64,000 bases of DNA from an uncultured archaeon (GCA_964645535.1 CAZYCQ010000011.1:1-64000), one strand, 5' to 3'; shown: positions 42,101-52,014, counted from the stretch's first letter. Notes: a model not told the origin generated them from the letters alone. A program made the numbers and translations.

Positions 42101-44172
42101 TCGGTTACTGAAATTCCTACGTTTAAGCTAAATTCCCTTGAAATTGCAGTTGCTATTGCATGTGCAATGGGTTCATTGACCTTTCTTCCAAAAATCGAAA
42201 GAACAATTACGTTGGTAATCCCCGAAGCATCTTGATAGATTTCCACAACTATCCTTCTATGGGTTGGAACATCGGTGATCCCTTTCTGCCTCTCAATAAA
42301 GTCAAGAATCTGTTCTTTTCCTTCATATGGAAGATTGTCGATTGATTTGCCATTTGTTTTTTCAACCGCTCGAAGTGTTTCTAAAAGTGCTCCTAATGTA
42401 TTTCCCACCAAAAAACTCCTGCTGATCCCTTCTCCTGCCCACGAAGGAATGGTCGGTCTCATCCCATGTGTTTTCCTCACAATTATCTTGTTCCCTACTG
42501 TTCTAAGATAACGATATGCTGCTCCTCCAAGTATGAAAACATCCTTTGGAGTCAATCTCTCAGCAAATCGCTCTGAAACCGTGCCGATCTTGCTTCTTGT
42601 CACCTCATGAATGACTTGGATGGTCGCCACATCTGGAATGGTTCCTGCATTCATGATGAAATTTAATCTTGCATTTCCTTTTTTCCCTAACCTCTGTTCT
42701 TCCCTATTCCACCAAATTCTTCCGTATCTCCATTTTTCCTCCTCCGAAGTGGGATTGGACATGCTCTCCAATAGCTCCTGAAACAGTTCTCTTCTCAAAT
42801 TCCGGTAAGGATATGATGATCTTATCAGATCTAATACCTCACCAAAGCCCCAAGATCGTTCTCCAACTAGACCTACCAAAACTTGAGAAAGAACATCAAG
42901 AGGTTCGGGTGGAATCTGTACTTCCTCTATCTTACCATTTAATGCAAGCTCTTTGATCACTATCCCTTCAAGAAGCTCTGTCATGTCAGATGCAAGAAAT
43001 TCTCCCTTTGACATTTCTCCTAGCGAGTGTCCTGCCCTTCCCAGCCTTTGAATTGCAGTTGAAACTTTCTTCGGTGACCCCCACTGTAAAGCCAGATCGA
43101 TTTCCCCTATATCAATCCCCAATTCAAGAGAGGTTGACGTCACAATGATTTTCAACTCTCCAGCCTTCATTTTCTGCTCAGTGCTCAACCTGAGTTCTCT
43201 GTCGATTGATCCATGATGAACACCAACTTTTCCTTCAAGCTTTCCTTCACTTGCTTTAATCAATTCGGCGGCTAAAAATTCGGTCCATTTTCTTGTATTG
43301 GCAAAAATGATCATGGTTTTGATTCTATCCACTCGCTGTAAAATGTGTTCAATAAGCCTCTGATTGATCTTTTCAAAACGATCGATGTCTATGTTTCTTG
43401 TTGGGATTATTATCCCGATCTCAAATTTTTTCTTTGTGTCTGCAACTGCAATATTCAGTTTTCGGGTTCCTTTGTGTCTTCCCATAAGAAAATTCCCAAT
43501 CCTCTCAACAGGATGGACTGTCGCAGACATGCCTATTCTGACAGGCGGAGACTTTGTATTCCATTCGAGCCATTCCAAACACAAGGAGAGAAACGTGCCA
43601 CGTTTATTCGAAGCTACGTCATGTATCTCATCAACAATTACCCATTCAACATCTTTCAGCAACGTACTGAATTTTTTTGTTGCCAACGAGATTCCTAATG
43701 ATTCAGGGGTGGTTATCAAAATATGCGGAGGACGTTTCAACATCATTGCCTTTGTTGAAGACGTGGTGTCTCCTGTCCTTACTGCAATACGTATAGGAAT
43801 TCTCCCTATGTATTTTCCAATCTGCTTAAGCGGTTGTTCTAGATTTTTTGCGATGTCATTGTTCAGTGCTCTCAATGGAGAGATGTAAATGGCATATACC
43901 CTCTCTTCAAGCATTCCCCTTTTTGCTCGAGCAAGAAGTTCATCAATTATCCCTACAAATCCCGCGAAGGTCTTTCCTGACCCAGTAGGTGCGATGATCA
44001 GTGTGGATTCCCCATTCCTGATACGGGGTATTGTCGTCTTCTGAAGCTTTGTTAAGCCTCCTAAATCCTTATCCACCCACGTTCCTACTTCTGATTTAAA
44101 CGTCGGATTTTCCTCTGTCAAGGTCAGGTATTCAAATTTCACCTCTTGACGACTATTCTTTTCATGATCCAC
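39160..44172 (-). CDS. lhr: Lhr-family SF2 helicase, long form with extended C-terminal wHTH/AlkZ-like region
   Basis: APTGSGKT, SPLRALNND, LITTPESL, DEIH, MSAT, HHGS, TSLELGIDIG, QRLGRAGH, GTIPD; 1670 aa. Confidence 0.92.
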   Translation of the reverse strand: MDHEKNSRQEVKFEYLTLTEENPTFKSEVGTWVDKDLGGLTKLQKTTIPRIRNGESTLIIAPTGSGKTFAGFVGIIDELLARAKRGMLEERVYAIYISPLRALNNDIAKNLEQPLKQIGKYIGRIPIRIAVRTGDTTSSTKAMMLKRPPHILITTPESLGISLATKKFSTLLKDVEWVIVDEIHDVASNKRGTFLSLCLEWLEWNTKSPPVRIGMSATVHPVERIGNFLMGRHKGTRKLNIAVADTKKKFEIGIIIPTRNIDIDRFEKINQRLIEHILQRVDRIKTMIIFANTRKWTEFLAAELIKASEGKLEGKVGVHHGSIDRELRLSTEQKMKAGELKIIVTSTSLELGIDIGEIDLALQWGSPKKVSTAIQRLGRAGHSLGEMSKGEFLASDMTELLEGIVIKELALNGKIEEVQIPPEPLDVLSQVLVGLVGERSWGFGEVLDLIRSSYPYRNLRRELFQELLESMSNPTSEEEKWRYGRIWWNREEQRLGKKGNARLNFIMNAGTIPDVATIQVIHEVTRSKIGTVSERFAERLTPKDVFILGGAAYRYLRTVGNKIIVRKTHGMRPTIPSWAGEGISRSFLVGNTLGALLETLRAVEKTNGKSIDNLPYEGKEQILDFIERQKGITDVPTHRRIVVEIYQDASGITNVIVLSIFGRKVNEPIAHAIATAISREFSLNVGISVTDNGFALVLPPGFRFSKNPFDLVGSPDDIETLVRTSITKTEQFKLRFRHVAVRSLMILKRSTKFKRSPEQQFQAAQRLLKYLEPDFPLLRETEKEIFTEIFDMENAKRVIRAIKSNKIDCVFFPNVKVPSPMTHEILLSSNVDVILMENRRELLLSLHKQVVSRMLGEQNAVFDKEMVGEYFSSKLKSVEFTKERICEFILLRAGRGVPIEEMNRHFRGFDGPIIGWIYKNRIFELFQLLAFLVIGGIKEAEVYNFENGRKEKQNISINEFARNLGTEEAAEYLIYHLLFTRGPLSKQEICHHLAFAENIVQGAVERLLQRGEIVGGNIIDQQLRYLTRKDYDRLSLKFSRKNINDESIFRKRYLRLLHGIEQGNEDIVSVLEFSGPIRHFLSLFQRMSKFTWGSLLNGLEHKELYFGRFLGGGLVLVTSHHARLMAKIIGRNEQLSDDERIVFQLIGERPGISFMQIVETTGFNRQKVRETIRLLENLLYVGRVGEGVISKFTQNQQFIALPDPNEVEKTKKEALEEILREIIRWYNAVTIDDLLTLLKIPYVDVEQAIEYLVEKGEISSLLVGGITYYLDVSEDFKTTNSEKVLLVPWEDPIFLLRGKFHQEWIHPRYGSFAILYDGDIVGSVEFIHQKRDLLQILNISMKRVLLYERRFLEPMIKEIIKVGKEFFRSIVITIEEINGQSLNQQELNVVTSLFQRYGFQLDRDYLISERLIGVPLRIEDVIELKLIGITGRRKRPDNVATFLKTFEWFTEKQFANHYQSGDYHRILEDWIKKGKVSVKKGIYRYEKFMGKDTKDNIRSLLRHNLLLTLIELEELSKIPNHLLLSNLADMVMQGEVKYILDENRTPYYFHNLDLEVVKMKNRSELFLEWWLITDISRILMGIVKIVIPPLSGANLLVLNYGRPIALARTKGKSDTFFIENIHFPHDIGKNEMTEVFRLIENHGFGLGYNRIGIKKINDFSPNYWIGGEIQ

Positions 44173-44225
44173 TTAATGACTCAAATTTTACATGTCGGGA
44201 GGCAAATAAACTCTTTCGCCGTTGC

Positions 44226-44660
44226 TCATCTTTCTTTTATCCCCATAGCCTGCATTACTACGCGTCGATTACGCGGCCTAACATCAAGATCAACCAACAC
44301 GATCTGCTGCCATTTTCCAAGAAGAAGAGAATGTCCTACCACCGGCACTACCAGACTTGGACGCAGCAAGGTTGCTCGTAGATGGGAATGGGCATTGTTA
44401 TCTATAAGATCATGCTGGTAGCCGATCCCTTTTTGAATTAAAATATTGATCATCTCTTTCAGATCCTCCACCAATCCTCTTTCATATTCAATCGTTGTAA
44501 TCGAAGCAGTGGAACCAGGATGAAAAATGGTGACATTTCCCTCTTGAAGACCTATTTCCGAAATGAAATGTTCGACATTTTCCGTTATGTCTATCACATC
44601 AATCTCACCATTTGTCTGAACTCCAAAAAACTTCGTTTCTACTATCCATTGCCTATTCAT
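44226..44660 (-). CDS. YjbQ / UPF0047 family protein
   Basis: IDITE, STASITTIEYE, NAHSHLRATL, LGKWQQI. Confidence 0.9.
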   Translation of the reverse strand: MNRQWIVETKFFGVQTNGEIDVIDITENVEHFISEIGLQEGNVTIFHPGSTASITTIEYERGLVEDLKEMINILIQKGIGYQHDLIDNNAHSHLRATLLRPSLVVPVVGHSLLLGKWQQIVLVDLDVRPRNRRVVMQAMGIKER

Positions 44661-45064
44661 CCATTTTTCATTTCTATTTCTTGAATAAGAAATCTCTGTA
44701 TAAACAATAGCTGATTTAATAATCTATATAATACCCTGATATTTTATTGTCCATGCTTCATTATTTTGGCTTGTTTCCTCAAATTCTCAAAAATCTCTGG
44801 CAGGCGCCGTCAAAATAAACCGTCTTAGCGCCACATTGGCTACCGATAAAATCAGAAAAACATTTTTCACATGCAATTGTCCGAATGAACCTTACAAACA
44901 TCCTTTGATTAACCCGATGGTGCAAACGCATAGAACAAAAGAATAAGAATGGTGATCAACCCCACTTGTTACACCTATGGAATATTCCCACACACACAAG
45001 TTAACCAATGGCATTGTGCATCTATGCATCTTCTATCCTACGGGGGTGTGTGCGGAAAATAAAT

Positions 45065-45096
45065 GGTCTGGGTCTTATTGGCTCAGATCCTTTTTT
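45065..45096 (+). terminator. Terminator-like hairpin plus T-tract upstream of nrdJ
   Basis: GGTCTGGGTC-ttatt-GGCTCAGATC (10 bp, 3 G-U) followed by cTTTTTT. Confidence 0.35.
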
Positions 45097-45101
45097 CCAT
45101 G

Positions 45102-45109
45102 TTTATAAA
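45102..45109 (+). promoter_or_regulatory. Putative TATA box for nrdJ
   Basis: TTTATAAA 22 nt before ATG 45132; gaggt SD-like sequence in between. Confidence 0.45.
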
Positions 45110-45131
45110 GCTAAAATTTGAGGTAATTGAA

Positions 45132-47870
45132 ATGACAGAGGTAGGTTTACGTTTCAGATCCGCTGATGCAGATGAGCGAGGTCTCATCTTCAAGAGAGTT
45201 TTTACTACCAAAGGAATCCATCCTTATGACCAAGTAAACTGGGAAATGAGGGATGCCATCATTTCCAACGAAAAAGGAGAGATTATTTTCAAGCAAGAAA
45301 ATGTGGAATTCCCTGATTTTTGGTCCCTAAATGCCAGTCAAATAGTTGCAAGCAAATATTTCCATGGAAAATATGGCTCCCCTGAAAGAGAATCCAGCCT
45401 CAAACAACTCATCGATAGGGTCGTGAATACCATTACCGAATGGGGGAAAAAAGATGGCTATTTCGCAGATGAAGAAAGTGCTGAGATTTTCGCACTGGAA
45501 CTAACTCACATCCTCTTACATCAATATGCAAGTTTCAATTCCCCCGTATGGTTTAACTTAGGAACAACCTCAAAACCTCAAGCATCGGCATGTTTCATCA
45601 ACAGTGTCGAAGATACCATGGAATCCATCCTTGAGCTTGTCAAGACTGAGGGCATGCTGTTCAAATACGGATCTGGAGCGGGTGTCAACCTTTCTCCCCT
45701 TAGATCAAAAAGAGAGCAATTGAGTACTGGCGGTTATGCTTCCGGGCCTGTTTCCTTCATGAAAGGCTATGATGCCTTTGCTGGAACCATCAAATCAGGA
45801 GGAAAGACCCGAAGGGCTGCAAAAATGGTGCTTCTTGATGCTGAACATCCCGATATAGTTGACTTCATTCAATCAAAGGCAAACGAAGAAAAGAAAGCAT
45901 GGGCACTTATTGATGCAGGTTATGATGGATCTTTTACTGGTGAGGCTTACAATTCGGTTGCATTCCAAAACGCCAATCATTCCGTCCGTGTATCTGATGA
46001 ATTCATGAAGGCTGCCATTAACAACGGCAAATGGTACACTCGTTTCATTACAACTGGTGAGATTGCTGACGAATACAATGCCAGAGACCTTCTTGATATG
46101 ATCAGTGAAGCAACCTACATTTGTGGAGACCCTGGACTCCAATACAAGGATACGATCAATAAGTGGCATACATGCAAGAATAGTGGGCCAATTAATGCCA
46201 GCAATCCTTGCAGCGAATATCTTTTCCTTGATGATACCGCTTGCAACCTTGCTTCCATCAATCTCCTGAAATACCGCTTGGAAGATGGCAGTTTTGACCT
46301 AGAAAAATACCTGCATACGATCAATATCATGATCACTGCTCAAGAGATTATTGTAGGAAACGCCAGCTACCCTACCCCCAAGATTGAGAAAAACAGCCAT
46401 ATCTACAGAACTTTAGGGTTGGGTTACACTAATCTCGGTGCTCTCTTAATGTCACTGGGGTTGCCATACGATAGTGATGAGGGACGAAATTATGCTGCTG
46501 CTCTTACTTCCATCCTCACTGGGCAGGCTTATTTGCAAAGTGCCGTAATTGCTTCTGTCATGGGTCCATTTGACGGCTATTCCAAGAATCGTGATCCTAT
46601 GCTAGAGGTAATAGGCATGCACCGTGATGCATCCAAAAAGATACCTGCCAAAGGTGTCGATCCTGATGTCCATTACTATGCCACTACTGTTTGGGATGAA
46701 ACCTTGGGAATTGGTCAAAAGTTCGGTTACCGCAACGCCCAAGCAACTGTGTTGGCTCCAACAGGAACAATTTCTTTCATGATGGATGCGGATACCACTG
46801 GAATCGAACCTGACATTGCTTTGGTCAAGTACAAGAAATTGGTGGATGGAGGTTACATGACCATTGTCAATCAAACAGTCCCTCTGGCTCTCAAAAGGTT
46901 GAATTACAGTGATTCTCAGATAAAGCAAATAATGGATTATGTTTTGGAGAAGGGTACCATTGAAGGAGCCCCCCATATCCATGAAAAACATCTTCCGATT
47001 TTTGACTGTGCTTTCAAGAGCCCGAACGGAACACGGACAATCCACCATATGGGTCATGTAAGAATGATGGGCGCTGTGCAACCATTCATCTCTGGAGCCA
47101 TTTCCAAAACAGTCAATATGCCTGAGCATTCAACCATCGAGGAGATATCTGAAACATATATTGAGGCATGGAAACTTGGTGTCAAGGCAATCGCCATCTA
47201 TCGTGACAATTCAAAACGACTGCAACCCCTAAACACCAAAAAGGAAGAAACAAAAGAAAAGAAACCTGAGCCGCAGTCCGAGAATTATGATGATCTGTCA
47301 AGCATTCGTATCCCGACACCAACTCCCATTCGAAGACGATTGCCTGAGACAAGGGAATCTAAAGTTCATAAATTTGATATCGAAGGACATGAGGGTTATA
47401 TCATTGCAGGTCTCTATGAAGACGGAACTGTTGGAGAGGTATTCATCAAGATGAGCAAGCAAGGGTCTACTTTGGGTGGTGTAATGGACAGTCTTGCAGT
47501 TCTCATCTCTCTTTCCCTTCAATATGGTGTGCCACTGTCGGTTCTGGTAAACAAGTTTATCCACACCAAATTCGAACCCTCTGGCTATACGGCAAACAAA
47601 GATATTCCGACAACCTCTAGCATAGTTGATTATATCTTCAGATGGCTCGCCCTTGAATTCCTCCCTGAAGAAGAAAGGCCCCTTTCCCTCCAGAACAGCT
47701 ATGCAACCAATGGATCAAGTCTCCCCCCCAAGGAAGATAGAAGTTCTGAACCTCTGAATCGGAAGAATATTGAGGATGAAGCAATCTGCATTTATTGTGG
47801 GGCAATTGCCATTCGGGCAGGATCCTGCTATGCTTGTCCAGAATGCGGAAACACATCTGGATGTAGCTAA
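45132..47870 (+). CDS. nrdJ: Class II (adenosylcobalamin-dependent) ribonucleotide reductase
   Basis: SFNSPVWFN, SACFI, TRRAAKM, ASNPCSEY, ACNLAS, APTGTIS; C-terminal TSCPD-like domain and Zn ribbon; no intein. Confidence 0.96.
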   Translation: MTEVGLRFRSADADERGLIFKRVFTTKGIHPYDQVNWEMRDAIISNEKGEIIFKQENVEFPDFWSLNASQIVASKYFHGKYGSPERESSLKQLIDRVVNTITEWGKKDGYFADEESAEIFALELTHILLHQYASFNSPVWFNLGTTSKPQASACFINSVEDTMESILELVKTEGMLFKYGSGAGVNLSPLRSKREQLSTGGYASGPVSFMKGYDAFAGTIKSGGKTRRAAKMVLLDAEHPDIVDFIQSKANEEKKAWALIDAGYDGSFTGEAYNSVAFQNANHSVRVSDEFMKAAINNGKWYTRFITTGEIADEYNARDLLDMISEATYICGDPGLQYKDTINKWHTCKNSGPINASNPCSEYLFLDDTACNLASINLLKYRLEDGSFDLEKYLHTINIMITAQEIIVGNASYPTPKIEKNSHIYRTLGLGYTNLGALLMSLGLPYDSDEGRNYAAALTSILTGQAYLQSAVIASVMGPFDGYSKNRDPMLEVIGMHRDASKKIPAKGVDPDVHYYATTVWDETLGIGQKFGYRNAQATVLAPTGTISFMMDADTTGIEPDIALVKYKKLVDGGYMTIVNQTVPLALKRLNYSDSQIKQIMDYVLEKGTIEGAPHIHEKHLPIFDCAFKSPNGTRTIHHMGHVRMMGAVQPFISGAISKTVNMPEHSTIEEISETYIEAWKLGVKAIAIYRDNSKRLQPLNTKKEETKEKKPEPQSENYDDLSSIRIPTPTPIRRRLPETRESKVHKFDIEGHEGYIIAGLYEDGTVGEVFIKMSKQGSTLGGVMDSLAVLISLSLQYGVPLSVLVNKFIHTKFEPSGYTANKDIPTTSSIVDYIFRWLALEFLPEEERPLSLQNSYATNGSSLPPKEDRSSEPLNRKNIEDEAICIYCGAIAIRAGSCYACPECGNTSGCS

Positions 47871-47880
47871 AGGTGGAACC

Positions 47881-48186
47881 ATGACAACTGAAGCGTTTTC
47901 TCATTCTGCTGCATTTCATGTAGATCGTATGCGTTACGTATTGGCTACGATCAAGAAATGTGATCATCAAAAAGAAGATGAACTACTTTTCTTTGATTTT
48001 GGCCAAATCGCTACCTTGGTTCGAGAAGACCCGAATTTGACACCTCTCCTGAAAGAAAATATCCTCATGAATCTTCGTCCCATTTTGGAATCTCTGGAGA
48101 TATTTTCCATACAGGGGGATAAAATTCGTGTACTCCGCCCCACTCTTGAACTGGAACTGGAGGCATGGGGGCTTTCCAAAACCTGA
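47881..48186 (+). CDS. Hypothetical small protein
   Basis: SD aggtgg before ATG 47881, 10 nt after the nrdJ stop. Confidence 0.55.
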   Translation: MTTEAFSHSAAFHVDRMRYVLATIKKCDHQKEDELLFFDFGQIATLVREDPNLTPLLKENILMNLRPILESLEIFSIQGDKIRVLRPTLELELEAWGLSKT

Positions 48187-48256
48187 ATTGTAACGCGAAA
48201 ACAATATTTGCGATGTATTAGTATATAAACCCTTGATGAATGGATAATTCGGAACA

Positions 48257-50260
48257 ATGCCCAAATTGGAGATTTCTGGCAAGAGAAAACAGATAAAAGA
48301 CAAACTGTACGGCTATGTTGAATTCTCTCCTCTTGAACTTCAGGTCATCGATCATCCCCTCTTTCAACGCCTGAAACATATTCGCCAATTGGGTTTTGCC
48401 TTCAATGCATATCCTAGTGCAGATCATAAACGTTTTGAGCACTCAATTGGTGTCGCATATGTTGCTACAGAAATCATCAATTCCATTCTCAGCAAGAAAA
48501 ATGATGACCTTCAAGATTGGCTTCAGTATCTTTTTGATGCATTGACTGAGCATTATGGTGCAATCCTTGACAAAAATGAGTTGCCCGATCTTCTTCAGAC
48601 AATTGTCCGACTGGCTGCCCTTCTACACGATGTTGGTCATCTCCCCTTCAGTCATACATTCGAAATTGCTCTTGAACCAATCCTCCATACTCCTTTTGTA
48701 ACAGAGTTACAAATTCTCTTATCTGGAACTAATCATCCGATTGACCTCCTTGATGACCTTTCCTTCGATATCCAGATTCATGAGAAAATCGGTCATAGAA
48801 TCATCAAAACACAATTTTCAGAAATCCTCAGTCAGATTGGAGATTGGCTTCCTCAACTGCTTTGTGATATATTTGAATTGAACTCCCTAAAACCTCCTCA
48901 TCCCTTTGCAGGAGCACTTACCCCCTTGCAGAAAATTGTCAATGGCCCATTGGATGCCGATCGAATTGATTACGTTGCAAGAGATCATTACAGTAGTGGA
49001 ATCCGTTTAGGTGATTTCGACAGGGAACGCTTAATTTCAAACCTTGTTGTTATCAAGAAAGATCAAGGAAAATTTGACCTTGCCTTAAGGATGAAGGCCT
49101 TGAGTGCCGTTAACTCTTTTGTTCTGATGCGATCAATGATGTATCGACATCTGTACCAACATCACTTGGTATCTATGTATGACAATGTATTCGCAATTAT
49201 GGTTGAAATGATGTTTATTGATACTGCTTTACAAGGCAATATTATAGATCCGGCTGCCTTTTTTGCTCGATTGAGCATGGGAGAGTTATATTCTTTCGTT
49301 GGAACCAAACCTAGCTACTTGACTGCCATTTCCCATTTATCTGGCACCCCTCAATGGCTAGTGAACAATCCTGTAATTCCTGTTGATGATATTGCATTGA
49401 TGTCCACCCTTAGAATGTATGTTTCCTCAATTTTCGAGAATTTCGAAGAATGGAAGAAAAGAATGAGATCTTATTTTGGCACGACCCGATCAATTCAAGG
49501 ATTTAGGAACCCTTATTCACTAATTCAAAATCCACTTGCTCTTTTTGAGGCTTTCAACAACAGAGGTAAAACACCCGTTGCACTATGGAACAATTATCGT
49601 GATTATACTGATATCGTTATTCAGCCTGTAATCAATGAACTTATCCCCTACCTAAGCTCAAACCGCACTTCAACCACTATTGCCTCTGTTGTAAACTTAT
49701 TGCTAAATGAAAACGTACCTCGGAGCAAGATCAAAGATCTACAGAAAAAAGTAACCGACTACCTCCAAAATACCGACTTCTTGAAAAAAATCCATAAGCA
49801 TATTGCAGAGGAAATCATCATTCAAAACGGTTTCAATTTTGATAAAACTGCGTTCTATGACGATAATGTCCCACCTGGAAAGTTTGATGTCTATAATGAT
49901 TTCTATCTGGCAATCCGTGATGCAGGACTTCCCCCTCCAGAAAATATCATCATTTCAGCAAAGTTTCCACGCATTTATTCTGAAAATATTTTTTTCACAG
50001 ATATTCTTTCTAAAGATGGTGAAATAAAATTGGAGGATATTTCCCCATTTATAGGACCATTGAAACATCGGGTTCAAGACCAGCCCTTTTTCTATGTGTA
50101 CATCCAACATTCCAAATTCACCAGAGCAGAAATCAAGCAACAGCTCAAGCAGTATCGCGAGGTCATGAGAAAGGCAATTCAGAGGTGGCTTCGCCGGAAA
50201 ACAAAACCTCGAAGCCCTCTAACAAATCTAGATTATTTATTTCGTTTCAGGAATCCCTGA
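48257..50260 (+). CDS. HD-domain phosphohydrolase, SAMHD1/dNTP triphosphohydrolase-like
   Basis: FQRLKHIRQLG, HKRFEHSIG, LLHDVGHLPFSH, HE, DADRIDYVARD, MYRHLYQH. Confidence 0.9.
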   Translation: MPKLEISGKRKQIKDKLYGYVEFSPLELQVIDHPLFQRLKHIRQLGFAFNAYPSADHKRFEHSIGVAYVATEIINSILSKKNDDLQDWLQYLFDALTEHYGAILDKNELPDLLQTIVRLAALLHDVGHLPFSHTFEIALEPILHTPFVTELQILLSGTNHPIDLLDDLSFDIQIHEKIGHRIIKTQFSEILSQIGDWLPQLLCDIFELNSLKPPHPFAGALTPLQKIVNGPLDADRIDYVARDHYSSGIRLGDFDRERLISNLVVIKKDQGKFDLALRMKALSAVNSFVLMRSMMYRHLYQHHLVSMYDNVFAIMVEMMFIDTALQGNIIDPAAFFARLSMGELYSFVGTKPSYLTAISHLSGTPQWLVNNPVIPVDDIALMSTLRMYVSSIFENFEEWKKRMRSYFGTTRSIQGFRNPYSLIQNPLALFEAFNNRGKTPVALWNNYRDYTDIVIQPVINELIPYLSSNRTSTTIASVVNLLLNENVPRSKIKDLQKKVTDYLQNTDFLKKIHKHIAEEIIIQNGFNFDKTAFYDDNVPPGKFDVYNDFYLAIRDAGLPPPENIIISAKFPRIYSENIFFTDILSKDGEIKLEDISPFIGPLKHRVQDQPFFYVYIQHSKFTRAEIKQQLKQYREVMRKAIQRWLRRKTKPRSPLTNLDYLFRFRNP

Positions 50261-50609
50261 TCTTTTCTAGTTTCTTGATTGTTTCTGCAAGTTCAATCAT
50301 TTTATCGGGATCGTTTTCATGTTGCAGTTGTTCAGAAAGCTGGTCAATTTTTGCTTGGATTAGAGATTTGGATGAATTTCTCGTCTGCTTGCCATGCTGG
50401 ACGGGATGAAGTTCGGTCTTCTCTTCATTCTCCTTGTTCAAGTCCTCTTCCTTGACTAATTTGACATCACAGGTCGCACAATACATTGTTTTATCCCGCA
50501 AAATATATATGGGCATCTTGCATTGAGGACAATGTTCCATTCCAAGCGTTGCGCCTTCCAACAAGAGTTTTGCACCACGTTGCAAGGACTCATCGCTCTT
50601 CTTCTTCAT
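50247..50609 (-). CDS. UPF0148 / Sjogren-scleroderma autoantigen 1 family Zn-finger protein
   Basis: GAKLLLEGATL..EHCPQCKMP...YCATC; start at MKKKS. Confidence 0.85.
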   Translation of the reverse strand: MKKKSDESLQRGAKLLLEGATLGMEHCPQCKMPIYILRDKTMYCATCDVKLVKEEDLNKENEEKTELHPVQHGKQTRNSSKSLIQAKIDQLSEQLQHENDPDKMIELAETIKKLEKIRDS

Positions 50610-50706
50610 TCTATGTGAAATATCTCTTGGTCCTTTATGTTTGATTCGTTTCACACCTATGTAAATATCCTCTAATATAAATTTGGTAAAACTATTTGCT
50701 AGATTA

Positions 50707-51684
50707 GTGAAAATTCCTTCCTGTTCCGAATGTGACCGCCCGGCCGCATGGACAAGACCATGGGACCGAAAAAGACTTTGCCTACTCCATTTCAATACTG
50801 CTTTCCTAAAACGGGTTCAAAAGACCATCAATAAATATCGTCTATTCGAACGTAATGATACTATTGCAGTTGGGATTTCCGGAGGAAAAGATTCAGTTGT
50901 GCTTCTTGATACAATTGTTCGCCTCCAAAAAAGGCATCAAACAGAAGTAATTGCTGTAACCATAGATGAAGGAATTTCAGGCTACAGGGAGGACGGTCTT
51001 AAATATGCAAAAATGGCTGCAAAAAGGGCAGGTGTGGAACATGTTGTCTATTCATTCAAGGAAAGGTTCGGAAGTACACTTGATGAAACACTTACTCTTT
51101 TGGAAAACAACACGAATGGTAAACGCCTAGGTGCTTGTTCCTACTGTGGAATATTCCGAAGAAAACTACTAAACGAGGCTGCACGGGCTGTCGGAGCAAC
51201 CAAATTGGCAACTGGACATAATGCTGACGATGAAGCGCAGACCGTGGTGATGAATCTATTTCGAGGGGATATTCTCAAGACCTTACGAAGCGATCCGGTT
51301 CCTAATTTCAAACATCCTCTTTTTGTCCCTAGAGTCAAACCTTTCCGTTGGACAACCGAACAGGAAATCGTTCTCTATGCTCATTTCAATAACTTGCCCT
51401 ATCAGGAGATGCCATGTCCGAATGCAGTTGAAGCGCATCGAGGCATTATCCGAGATATCATGACCAATTACATGGAACACACACCAGATGCACTCTTTTC
51501 AATTCTGACCTCTGCTGATAAACTGTTCGGGCTGGCCAATGCAGTAGATGTGCCGGAAGTGAAAGATAAAATTGTTCCTCTTAAGCCCCAAGAATGTATT
51601 CGTTGTGGTGAACCTTCTGCCACAAGAATGTGCAAGGCCTGTAAGGTTCAGGAAAAAATTGAAGCTGCCAAAAGGTCAGTATAG
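50707..51684 (+). CDS. tRNA 2-thiolation protein (Ncs6/TtuA family)
   Basis: N-terminal CxxC, SGGKDS PP-loop, CSYCGIFRR, TGHNADD, CP, C-terminal CxxC..CxxC. Confidence 0.9.
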   Translation: MKIPSCSECDRPAAWTRPWDRKRLCLLHFNTAFLKRVQKTINKYRLFERNDTIAVGISGGKDSVVLLDTIVRLQKRHQTEVIAVTIDEGISGYREDGLKYAKMAAKRAGVEHVVYSFKERFGSTLDETLTLLENNTNGKRLGACSYCGIFRRKLLNEAARAVGATKLATGHNADDEAQTVVMNLFRGDILKTLRSDPVPNFKHPLFVPRVKPFRWTTEQEIVLYAHFNNLPYQEMPCPNAVEAHRGIIRDIMTNYMEHTPDALFSILTSADKLFGLANAVDVPEVKDKIVPLKPQECIRCGEPSATRMCKACKVQEKIEAAKRSV

Positions 51685-51820
51685 GTCTTCTATTTACACT
51701 ACTTTTTCTGTTTCACTTCAAGAAAATCCTTTTGCCCTTGGGAAATCCTAGCGACTTTAACGCGAAGATAATATATCAGAGAATCAGAGGCAGGGTATAT
51801 ACATAGAATGGTGAATCTTC

Positions 51821-52003
51821 ATGACAAAAGGAACTCCTTCATTTGGTAAGCACAACAAAAGGGCAACGCACATTATTTGCAGAAGATGCGGAAATCATAG
51901 CTACAATAGACAAAAACGTCAATGCGTAAGTTGCGGTTTCGGAAAAACTGCTAAAAGAAGAGTGTACAAGTGGAGAAAGGTTAAAGACCCCAAAAATAGG
52001 TAA
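51821..52003 (+). CDS. rpl37e: 50S ribosomal protein L37e
   Basis: [28 protein letters not shown]. Confidence 0.97.
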   Translation: MTKGTPSFGKHNKRATHIICRRCGNHSYNRQKRQCVSCGFGKTAKRRVYKWRKVKDPKNR

Positions 52004-52014
52004 AATACTGAAGA

